A stretch of 64,000 nucleotides of DNA. It comes from Acidobacteriota bacterium (GTDB lineage: Bacteria; Acidobacteriota; UBA6911; RPQK01; JADFOI01). Every line of letters begins with the position of its first letter. Position 1 is the first letter of the stretch. The stretch covers positions 1,728,001-1,792,000 of the forward strand of contig OY760074.1 of NCBI GenBank assembly GCA_963663035.1, read 5' to 3'. The position numbers were made by a program, and so were the translations under genes. Under the pieces are notes generated by a model that was given only the letters and a program-made list of their open reading frames with translations, had not been told where the DNA came from and did not search any database. Positions 19,320 through 27,632 of this stretch are shown here, piece by piece.

Positions 19320-20786
19320 GTTACCGATAAGAACACAGGCTTCCTGGAAGTTCAGCGCAAGCCGGTACCCTACCGACCGCCCGAGGAGCGCCTCAAGGAT
19401 TACCGCGATATCCTTGCGCAGGTTCCTGAAGACCATCTCAAGTCCCAGGGAGTCCGCTGCATGGACTGTGGTGTGCCCTTCTGCCAATCCGAAACCGGTT
19501 GTCCCATAGACAATCTGATTCCGGAGTGGAACGAACTGGTCTACCGGGGACTATGGCAGGAAGCTCTAAATCGTTTGCACCAGACCAATAACTTCCCCGA
19601 GTTCACGGGCCGGGTGTGTCCCGCACCTTGTGAGGGCGCGTGCGTTCTGGGAATCACAGATCCACCGGTCACCATCAAAAATATTGAGAACGCTATCATC
19701 GATCGCGGATTCGCTGAAGGTTGGGTCAAAGCAGAGCCTCCCCCACAGCGCACCGGTAAGAAGGTGGCCATCGTCGGTTCGGGTCCGGCGGGACTGTCCG
19801 CTGCCGCCCAGCTCAACAAGGTGGGTCACCGGGTCAGTGTTTACGAGCGCGATGACCGTATCGGTGGTCTTCTGATGTATGGCATACCACCCATGAAGCT
19901 TGAAAAGGAGATGGTAGAGCGCCGCGTGAAGCTTTTGCGAGAAGAAGGGATTGAATTTGTGACCAACGCCCATGTGGGGGTGAATATGGAGATCCAGGAG
20001 CTGGTCGCCAACAACGATGCTCTCCTTCTGGCCTGTGGGGCCACCAGGCCCCGCGATTTACCCATTCCGGGACGCCAGCTCAAGGGCATTCACTTCGCCA
20101 TGGAGTTCCTGCTCAAGAGTACCAAGAGTTTTCTCGACTCCGGGTTCAGGGATGCCAATTACATTTCCGCCAAGGACAAGGATGTGATCGTTATAGGCGG
20201 CGGTGACACGGGGACAGACTGCATCGGCACATCCATGCGCCATGAATGCAAGTCTTTGGTGAACTTCGAGTTACTGGAAAAGCCCCCGGATCAGAGAGCC
20301 CCAGACAACCCCTGGCCTCAGTGGCCTCTCATCTACCGCGTCGAGTATGGCCACAGTGAAGTGGCTGCCAGGTTCGGCAAGGATCCTCGCGAGTTCAGCA
20401 TTCTTTCCAAAGAGTTCATCGACGATGGCAGTGGACACGTGGTCGGTATCCAGACGGTCAGTGTGGAATGGAAGAAGGACAGTAACGGCCGCCTCCAGAT
20501 GCAGGAAATCCCCGGCTCAGAGCAGGAATGGAAGACCAACCTGGTTCTTCTGGCGATGGGTTTTCTCGGTCCTGAGGAGAATCTGGTTCCCCAGCTGGGC
20601 CTGGAAACCGATCAGCGCTCCAATTTCAAGGCCGAATTCGGTCAGTATGCCACCAGCATTGAGGGAATCTTTGCAGCTGGCGATTGCCGTCGCGGTCAGT
20701 CTCTGATCGTCTGGGCCATGCGGGAGGGTCGAGATGCAGCCAGGGAAATCGACAGGTACATTATGGGGAGAACCATGCTACCGTGA
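19320..20786 (+). CDS. gltD: Glutamate synthase small subunit
   Basis: Motifs [50 protein letters not shown]. The conserved TGFLE N-terminus lies upstream of ATG 19461; the likely start is GTT at 19320. Confidence 0.95.
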   Translation, partial: VTDKNTGFLEVQRKPVPYRPPEERLKDYRDILAQVPEDHLKSQGVRCMDCGVPFCQSETGCPIDNLIPEWNELVYRGLWQEALNRLHQTNNFPEFTGRVCPAPCEGACVLGITDPPVTIKNIENAIIDRGFAEGWVKAEPPPQRTGKKVAIVGSGPAGLSAAAQLNKVGHRVSVYERDDRIGGLLMYGIPPMKLEKEMVERRVKLLREEGIEFVTNAHVGVNMEIQELVANNDALLLACGATRPRDLPIPGRQLKGIHFAMEFLLKSTKSFLDSGFRDANYISAKDKDVIVIGGGDTGTDCIGTSMRHECKSLVNFELLEKPPDQRAPDNPWPQWPLIYRVEYGHSEVAARFGKDPREFSILSKEFIDDGSGHVVGIQTVSVEWKKDSNGRLQMQEIPGSEQEWKTNLVLLAMGFLGPEENLVPQLGLETDQRSNFKAEFGQYATSIEGIFAAGDCRRGQSLIVWAMREGRDAAREIDRYIMGRTMLP

Positions 20787-20789
20787 ACG

Positions 20790-20875
20790 CTGACAACTGA
20801 CAACTGACAGCTGACAGCTGAAATCCCAAATCTGAAACCTAGAACCTCGACCTTGAATCCTGGATTCTGAATTCT
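20790..20875. repeat. Heptamer tandem repeat tract (CTGACAA/CTGACAG, GAAACCT, GATTCTG)
   Basis: Visible 7-nt periodicity; a related inverted tract lies at 24842-24918. Confidence 0.65.
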
Positions 20876-20897
20876 CTCCCCTGTCAGGGGTCAGCGG

Positions 20898-21635
20898 TCA
20901 GGTTTCCCCCACGATCTCCAGAATTTGAACCAGCTTCTGAATGGTCCATTTCGGCTGAACTGGGAGATCTTCGGGTGGAGGTTTCTCCACCAGCCAAGCC
21001 ACTTGAAAACCCTGCCGGCTGGCGCCATAAACGTCATCATCCGGGTCATCTCCGATATAGAGACACCTGTGGGGAGAATATTCAGTTTTCTCCAACAACA
21101 CCTTAAAAAACTGATCCCCTGGTTTACGCCACCCCACCTCATCGGAGATGAAGATCGCCTCAAAGCACTCTTCCAGACCGAAGCGACGGAGAGCACGACG
21201 AACTGTCAATGCATGGTCGAAATTGGAGGCCAGAATGAGGGGAAACTCGGTCAGTTTCTTCAAGACGGCTCTATTATCGTCAGGGAAATACATGATGCGA
21301 AACATTTCATCCATATGAACCTTTACCATGAACTCGGCTGCCGACTTCTCCTGGATATTCAGCCGCTTGGACACAAGCCGAAAGCGCTCCAGACAGGAGA
21401 ATTCCCGGCACTCTTCGCTTCTCCACTGGGTAACGATTTCCCGACTCTTTTGGAACTCTTCCAGAAAACGCTGGTAAGAAATGGAGGGGTTCAGTTTTTC
21501 CCGAAGCTGACGGTAGACTTCTACACTGGTCGTCGGAAGCGGTTGTCCCTTGAACTCAACCTCCGGAAGCAGAGAGAAATCAAAGTGGAGAATGGTGTTG
21601 AAGAGATCTAAAAAGATGGCCTGAAATTTCACCAC
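20898..21635 (-). CDS. HAD superfamily hydrolase
   Basis: Motifs IFLDLFNTI, LASNFD, SDEVGWRKP, IGDDPDDDVYGA. Confidence 0.88.
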   Translation of the reverse strand: MVKFQAIFLDLFNTILHFDFSLLPEVEFKGQPLPTTSVEVYRQLREKLNPSISYQRFLEEFQKSREIVTQWRSEECREFSCLERFRLVSKRLNIQEKSAAEFMVKVHMDEMFRIMYFPDDNRAVLKKLTEFPLILASNFDHALTVRRALRRFGLEECFEAIFISDEVGWRKPGDQFFKVLLEKTEYSPHRCLYIGDDPDDDVYGASRQGFQVAWLVEKPPPEDLPVQPKWTIQKLVQILEIVGET

Positions 21636-21652
21636 CTGGGTGCCCCTGCGCT

Positions 21653-21803
21653 AGCCCGCACTTCTCACACCCGCTCTACTGCATCGGCGCAATGATCCAA
21701 CCTGACTGCGTTGCGCGACCCGCACAAGCGGGTACCCCTCGCGCGCCTTGTCAGGCCGGTCCTTTCGCCGCTTCGCGACGACCTGGTGTGAGAAATGCGG
21801 GCT
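21653..21803. mobile_element. MITE-like element, same family as 10897-11107, inverted
   Basis: TIRs AGCCCGCACTTCTCACACC / GGTGTGAGAAATGCGGGCT (18/19 match). Internal GACAAGGCG..GAGGGGTACCCGCTTG unit on the minus strand. Confidence 0.7.
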
Positions 21804-21829
21804 GGTCCCTCTATGGGGTGTCTCAAGAA

Positions 21830-22378
21830 TTACTCTGTCTGTGAGGCAAACTGCGGATCAGGCTCAATTTGTAAGGCAAGTATGAACCGGTTGATCATAT
21901 TGAAGAAGCCGATCAGAACAATCAACTCCACCACTTGATCGGAGGTAAAGTGATTGTCAAGCTGCAGCCAGTAATCATCCGGTAACTCATCCGGCTGCAG
22001 GCTGACCAGTTCGGCAAGTTGCAGAACTTCCTTCTCATAGTAGTTGAAGAGCTCACTACTTGCATAATCATCCATTGCCTCGATCTGTTCGTCTGTCCAC
22101 CCCAGTTTTCTGGCCAAGTCCGTGTAACAGATGATCGTGTATTTGCACTTGTGCAGTTTACAAGTCTTGAGAATGGCCAATTGCCGGAGTTTTTCGCTCA
22201 AGCCGGTCTCACCCAAGAGCCTGCGATAGAGGTCCGCCACCGCCTCCAGGAAATTCCCGCTGTGGGCCAGGGTCTTGATGAAGTTTGGAACAAATCCAAT
22301 GTCCTGTTCCATCTGAGAATACACTGCCCTGATGTTATGATTGGCCGCATCTAACTCGACGGGTAAGTATTTTGGCAT
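21830..22378 (-). CDS. Carboxymuconolactone decarboxylase / AhpD-like family protein
   Basis: GFVPNFIKTLAH, LSEKLRQLAIL, CKY, QVVELIVLIGFFNMINR. Confidence 0.85.
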   Translation of the reverse strand: MPKYLPVELDAANHNIRAVYSQMEQDIGFVPNFIKTLAHSGNFLEAVADLYRRLLGETGLSEKLRQLAILKTCKLHKCKYTIICYTDLARKLGWTDEQIEAMDDYASSELFNYYEKEVLQLAELVSLQPDELPDDYWLQLDNHFTSDQVVELIVLIGFFNMINRFILALQIEPDPQFASQTE

Positions 22379-22550
22379 CCTTTCCTCCGGCGCTGAATAT
22401 TAGCATTGCCAGGCTCAGCTGACAACCGCGCAACTCACACCAATGGGTCGAGCACTGTGATCCCTGGGATTCGCCGGAAAGAAGTATCCCGGGTCAGGCG
22501 GAGTCTGGCCGATCAAGGGTAAACAAACCATTCGGGCTGACAAAAGATAC

Positions 22551-22703
22551 TTGGCCCCGTTATGGTCGAAAATACGATTAGGGCCTCTATCGTGTTAAAG
22601 AGTATGTAGACCTCTACAAGACGCGAGGCATAGGAGTCATTGGACCACCAGTCCGGTTTAACTGTCGGCCTGAAGTGACTGTGATCACACTGGTTCGAGC
22701 CTG
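22551..22703 (+). pseudogene. Degenerate duplicate of the 3' end of the metallophosphoesterase gene (25737-25886)
   Basis: ccccgttatggtcgaaaatacgat...cctgaagtgactg.gatcac.ct.gttcgagcct, with a TAG and an indel. Confidence 0.8.
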
Positions 22704-23000
22704 GTTCTCGGGACGGAACTCGTTCGCTCACCTATGTCAGCGACGAACACGAAACGCCCAAAACGACTATACCTGATCCCCTCCCTGGATCACAAGAAGG
22801 GTCTATACCCTAAAATGCTTTGCAACTAACTGATTCTTAAGCTCTTAAAGTCGAAATCAGCACTGAGTAAAATGTTGCAACTATTGTGTAAGTTATTGTA
22901 ATTGTTGGAGTTCTAGCAAAAAATGCTTGTTTTTCCTTACTTGTACTGTCAGGATAAGTGTAGATAAATCTAGATAAGGACCCTTATGAGGGAGAGGACC

Positions 23001-23648
23001 ATGAGAAAAAGAGCGATGAGCTACTTACTGCCGGGCCTAGTCGTGTTGGTCTTGTTGTTTGGCATGACCGGGCCGGCTAGAGCGGATTCCGTAAACCTCG
23101 TGGTTAACGGGACATTTGACACGAATCTGGATGGATGGACCACTTCTGGCTCAGGTAATGACCCACCTGGTGTCACGTGGATTCTCGAAACGGCCCGTGT
23201 CGGACAACCCGGTACGCCAGGCAACTCGTTTATTTCGCAGGCGTTCAGTTTTAGCGGTACAGATCTCTCAATCAGCTTTAGCTACGAGTGGCAGGTAAAT
23301 AAGCCCGTCATAGAAGATTTCTTCACGGCTGAACTGCTTTACGACAACACGGCGGGGGGGGTCGGGGTCACTACGATACAACTTTTGAATGAGGGTAGCC
23401 AAAGCGGCAATTTTAATACCACGGTGTCGTTTAGTAGCATGGTGTCACTCACAGACCTCGCCGCCGGCTCTAACAACGTAACAATCTGGTTTGGGCTTAA
23501 CGAGAACAACGAGACTGCGGGAACGGGAACACGTATCGAGCTCGACAATGTGTACGTCCAGTCGGTACCGGAACCCTCTACCCTAGCACTCCTTGGTGTT
23601 GGACTTCTGGTCGGAGGCTTCGCCGGATTCGGGAAGAGATTCCTATAG
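23001..23648 (+). CDS. PEP-CTERM sorting domain protein
   Basis: Signal peptide ending ARA, NLVVNGTFD start of a beta-rich domain, C-terminal VPEPSTLALLGVGLL...KRFL. Confidence 0.92.
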   Translation: MRKRAMSYLLPGLVVLVLLFGMTGPARADSVNLVVNGTFDTNLDGWTTSGSGNDPPGVTWILETARVGQPGTPGNSFISQAFSFSGTDLSISFSYEWQVNKPVIEDFFTAELLYDNTAGGVGVTTIQLLNEGSQSGNFNTTVSFSSMVSLTDLAAGSNNVTIWFGLNENNETAGTGTRIELDNVYVQSVPEPSTLALLGVGLLVGGFAGFGKRFL

Positions 23649-23657
23649 GTTTTAAGT

Positions 23658-23711
23658 CAGTCTAAGACAAGAAAGGCCACCCTATAGGGTGGCCTTTCTT
23701 GTCTTAGACTG
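23658..23711. terminator. 54-bp perfect palindrome, probable bidirectional terminator
   Basis: CAGTCTAAGACAAGAAAGGCCACCCTA|TAGGGTGGCCTTTCTTGTCTTAGACTG between convergent genes. Confidence 0.75.
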
Positions 23712-23926
23712 TAATTTTGGTTACTTAGAGAAGGTTCCTGTCCCCATCTCGCTCCTTGAGCTGAGCCGCTTTGAGAGCGGCCGCTACAACTGCGAAAAAT
23801 AGACGACTCCCTTCCCTTCGAGGAACTGGTCACACAGTGGGGACGGAAGTTTCTTCAGGTGCCTGCCGGCCCTCCGGGTCCAAGCAAACCGCGCTACGAA
23901 GTCAGATCAGTAATCAGTTTCGGGAG

Positions 23927-24838
23927 CTAGTCGGGATTGCTTCGTTTGTAAGATGCGTACTGGCGGTCGGCCAGGTAGCTGGAGCGAACCAGAGGACCGC
24001 TTTCAACGTGCTGGAAGCCCATTGTCTCTCCGACCTCCTTCCAATAGCGAAACTCCTGGGGATAATAGTAACGGACCACTGGCAGATGCCACCGAGTGGG
24101 ACGCAGGTACTGTCCCAACGTCAGGAGACTAACCCCCACCTCCACCAGATCGCCCATCACCTGCTCGATCTCCTCCCTCCTCTCACCCAGCCCCAGCATC
24201 ATCCCCGTCTTGGTGACGACTTCCGGTGCCCACTGCTTGGCTCGAAGGAGAAGCTCCAGTGAGCGCTTGTACTCTCCCCCTCCCCGAGCCTTCGGAAAAA
24301 GACGAGGGACCGTTTCAATGTTGTGATTCAAGATGTCCGGTTGTGCCTCCAGGACAACCTGCAGTGAGTCGGCTGAGCCTTTGAAATCAGGAATGAGAAC
24401 TTCCAAAACACAGCCGGGACAGCGGCGACGAATAGCCTCCATGGTCGCTGCAAAAGTCCCGGCACCTCCATCCTCCAGATCATCGCGATCGACCGAGGTG
24501 ATGACCACATGCCTCAGACCCATCACCTGAACCGCTTCGGCTACCCTGGCGGGTTCGGCCGGATCCAATTCCAGCGGACTTCCCTTACTCACAGCACAAT
24601 AACGACACCCCCGGGTGCAGACATCTCCGAGAATCATGAAGGTGGCCACGCCATGACGCCAACACTCCCCCATGTTGGGACACATTGCTTCCTGGCAAAC
24701 GGTATGCAGCTTCAGCCCTCCCAGAAGCCGTTTCAGCTCATGCACTTCTTCACCAAATGCAGCGCGCACTTTTAACCAGGGAGGGTGCCGATGTTGTCGG
24801 GGACCGATCTGAGACGGCTTTTCCATTTTCCCCACCAT
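23927..24838 (-). CDS. lipA: Lipoyl synthase
   Basis: TVCQEAMCPNMGEC, CTRGCRYC, NHNIETV, GQYLRP, SGPLVRSSY. Confidence 0.97.
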   Translation of the reverse strand: MVGKMEKPSQIGPRQHRHPPWLKVRAAFGEEVHELKRLLGGLKLHTVCQEAMCPNMGECWRHGVATFMILGDVCTRGCRYCAVSKGSPLELDPAEPARVAEAVQVMGLRHVVITSVDRDDLEDGGAGTFAATMEAIRRRCPGCVLEVLIPDFKGSADSLQVVLEAQPDILNHNIETVPRLFPKARGGGEYKRSLELLLRAKQWAPEVVTKTGMMLGLGERREEIEQVMGDLVEVGVSLLTLGQYLRPTRWHLPVVRYYYPQEFRYWKEVGETMGFQHVESGPLVRSSYLADRQYASYKRSNPD

Positions 24839-24841
24839 AGC

Positions 24842-24918
24842 AGAATCTGAGGGAATGCAGAATCCAGAATCCTGAATTCAAGATCCAGGTTTCAGGTTTC
24901 AGATTTGTAATTTGGGAG
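24842..24918. repeat. Heptamer tandem repeat tract (CAGAATC, CAGGTTT)
   Basis: Inverted relative of 20820-20875. Confidence 0.6.
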
Positions 24919-24983
24919 TTCAGCCGCTTCGACACCAGCCGAAAGCGCTCCAGGCAGGAGAACTCCCGACACTCTTCGCTTCT
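24919..24983 (-). pseudogene. 65-bp internal fragment of a HAD gene homolog
   Basis: Matches 21358-21422 with 5 mismatches, all synonymous (SEECREFSCLERFRLVSKRL). Confidence 0.8.
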
Positions 24984-25022
24984 TCCTTGATGCTCCTTCC
25001 TTGACTTGTGTAGACTGGACGG

Positions 25023-25886
25023 ATGCTGCACAACCTGGATCGAAGAACGATCCTGAAGATATTTGGATGCACCGTTGTCGGCTCAGGTGTCGCTGCTTTT
25101 GGCCTGCAGCGGTACAGCACTCATATTGAGACCCAATGGCTCCAGACTGAGAGAGTTACCATTCCGGTGAAGCATCTGGGGTCCTCCTTTGACGGCTTCA
25201 AGATCGTCCACTTAAGTGATTTCCATCTCTATCCGCATACACAGATTGAACTTATCGAGCGGGCCGTTGGGACTGCGAACAGGCTCCGCCCGGACTTAAT
25301 TGCTTTGACCGGGGATTACGTTTCCGGATACAGGTCGAGAAACTCGGAAGCGATTTTCGACTTAGCCCCTGTTCTCAGCAAACTCAATGCGAAGTATGGC
25401 GTTTTCTCTGTTTTAGGAAATCATGACTACGCGACAAATGAAGACATTGTGCTGGCCGGTTTAGAGGAGTCTGGATTACCCGTCCTAAGGAACGACGGCT
25501 TGGCTTTGAGCAAGGGTCAGCAGACTTTGTATTTGGCGGGTTTGGATGACGGAAGGCGGGGTCGTCCAGACTTATCCAAGGCACTTGAGAAACGGCCAGG
25601 CAATGTGCCAACTATACTGCTTCTCCATGAACCTGATTTTGCTGACACCTATTCTGCCGATGGCACAATTTCTCTGCAACTCTCGGGGCACAGCCACGGT
25701 GGTCAGATCCGACTACCTGGAGTCGGTGCGCTCGCTTTGCCCCGTTATGGTCGAAAATACGATCAGGGTCTTTATCGTGTTAAAGATATGTGGGTCTATA
25801 CGACGCGCGGCATTGGAGTCATTGCTCCACCAGTGCGGTTTAATTGTCGACCTGAAGTGACTGAGATCACGCTCGTTCGAGCCTAG
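25023..25886 (+). CDS. Metallophosphoesterase (YkuE/YaeI-like)
   Basis: Motifs HLSDFH, LTGDY, LGNHD, LLHEPD, SGHSHGGQ. Tat-like DRRTILK N-terminus. Confidence 0.92.
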   Translation: MLHNLDRRTILKIFGCTVVGSGVAAFGLQRYSTHIETQWLQTERVTIPVKHLGSSFDGFKIVHLSDFHLYPHTQIELIERAVGTANRLRPDLIALTGDYVSGYRSRNSEAIFDLAPVLSKLNAKYGVFSVLGNHDYATNEDIVLAGLEESGLPVLRNDGLALSKGQQTLYLAGLDDGRRGRPDLSKALEKRPGNVPTILLLHEPDFADTYSADGTISLQLSGHSHGGQIRLPGVGALALPRYGRKYDQGLYRVKDMWVYTTRGIGVIAPPVRFNCRPEVTEITLVRA

Positions 25887-26102
25887 CTTTGGCGCACACG
25901 TACAGGGGACAGTTCTCTATTCCTACAACACTGCCCTGAAGAAGCACCTGCGACCTGCCTCCAATAATGTGTATCGACGTGCAGTTGTTGAGTATTTGCG
26001 TGCACATCTTACAACGATATCCTCCGTAAAGTATTGTCAATCAACACTCGCATGGTTTGGCCCTGGAATTGCTCTCTATAAACTAATAATAAGGGTCGAA
26101 TT

Positions 26103-26285
26103 ATGTTTAGTGGGCCCATTTCAGGAGGTTCCCATTTGGTAGTGAGGTCGGCGTTACTTGTTCTGGTCGCGATCTGTTTCGGCACCCTTCCTCTACAGGC
26201 AGGTACGGTCACGCTCAGCGGCACCGAGTGGACTCTCTCGGTCGGTCTCATCGGAACCGAAAACGGAACGAAACCTATCGAGTAA
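26103..26285 (+). pseudogene. Possible truncated secreted protein (signal peptide and short mature region only)
   Basis: RSALLVLVAICFGTLPLQA-GTVT signal-like segment; ends shortly before the IS3 element. Confidence 0.35.
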
Positions 26286-26365
26286 CGCTGAGAGCCGATA
26301 CCGAATATTACACTCAGAGGGGGACGTTCCTTTCCGATGTGGCCTTCAAGATCAGCGATAGGACC

Positions 26366-27632
26366 TGACCTTGCCCCCTAAAACGAGTCCAGTTTGAATG
26401 TTAGGATTTCCGGTTTAGGAAGGAGGCAAGGATGGCAGGGAAGCGGTTTAGGGCAGAACAGATCATCATGAAGCTGCGTGAGGCAGAGGTGGGTCTGGCC
26501 CAAGGACAGAGGGTGGGACAGGTGTCGAAGCAGATGGGGGTGAGCGAGCAGACCTACTACCGGTGGCGCAAAGAGTACGGAGGGCTCCGGTTGGACCAGG
26601 CCAAGAGGTTGAAGGTGTTGGAGAAGGAGAATACCCGGTTGAAGAAGCTGGTGGCGGATCTGTCTTTGGACAAGCAGATCCTGAAGGAAGTGTCCTCGGG
26701 AAACTTCTAGGCCCGGCGAACAGGAGACGAGCGGTGATGTGGGTACGAGAGCGATTAGGAGCAGAGCGAGTCTCCGAACGTCGGGCCTGCCAAGTGCTGG
26801 GACAGGTTCGATCGACCCAGCGAAGGGAAAGGCAAATTCCCGATGATGAGGCCCGATTGGTGGCCCGGATGGTGGAGTTGGCTACGCAATACGGGCGTTA
26901 TGGCTACCGGCGGGTCACGGCGATACTTCATGGGGAAGGGTGGAAGGTGAATCCTAAGCGGGTGGAGAGGCTGTGGAGACAAGAAGGGCTGAAAGTCCCG
27001 TCCAGACAGCCGAAACGAAGGAGGCTGTGGCTTAATGACGGTTCCTGTGTTCGGTTACGAGCGGCTCGCAAGAACCACGTCTGGAGCTATGATTTCGTGC
27101 ATGAACGGACCCATGATGGGCGAGCCTTTCGGCTATTGACGATCCTGGATGAGTACACCAGAGAGTGCCTCGCCATTGATGTGAAACGGCAGATGAATCA
27201 CCAAGACGTGTTGGACCGGCTGGCGGAGTTATTCGTTGATCGGGGAGTGCCTGAGTTTATCCGGTCCGATAACGGATCGGAGTTTACGGCACAGGCGGTC
27301 CGGGACTGGCTGCAGGCTGTTGGGGTAAGGACCTTGTACATCGAGCCGGGCAGCCCCTGGGAGAATGGGTACATTGAGAGTTTCAACGGGAAACTACGGG
27401 ATGAGCTGCTGAACATGGAGATCTTCGACACGCTGGGGGAAGCCAAGGTGTTGGTAGAACGCTGGCGGAGGGATTACAATCAGATCCGGCCTCACAGCGC
27501 CTTGGCCTATCGGCCGCCGGCGCCAGAGGCCAAACTACCTAGGTCGCAGGCACTGGATCCAATCCCTTGGAGTGGACTTCAAATGGTCCCGGGTCTAGCA
27601 TAGAGGGTGGACTCGTTCGTGGGGGCAGGTCA
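26366..27632 (+). mobile_element. IS3-family insertion sequence
   Basis: IRL TGACCTTGCCCCCTAAAACGAGTCCA; IRR (reverse complement) TGACCTGCCCCCACGAACGAGTCCA; orfA plus orfB; no target duplication. Confidence 0.93.
26432..27603 (+). CDS. IS3 transposase OrfA (26432-26710) / OrfB joined by a -1 programmed frameshift
   Basis: OrfA HTH ([16 protein letters not shown]). G GGA AAC slippery site at 26698-26704. OrfB DDE motifs WSYDF, RSDNG, IESFNG. Confidence 0.92.

Noticed and set aside
22905-22935. Possible sigma54 promoter before the PEP-CTERM gene (CTAGCAAAAAATGCT)
   Set aside because: It does not satisfy GG-N10-GC spacing.
23771-24262. 163-aa plus-strand ORF
   Set aside because: Mostly antisense to lipA, with no motif.
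25904-25922. GGGGACAG motif, also inverted near 23737 and 55704
   Set aside because: Too short and too few copies to call a repeat family from this window alone.
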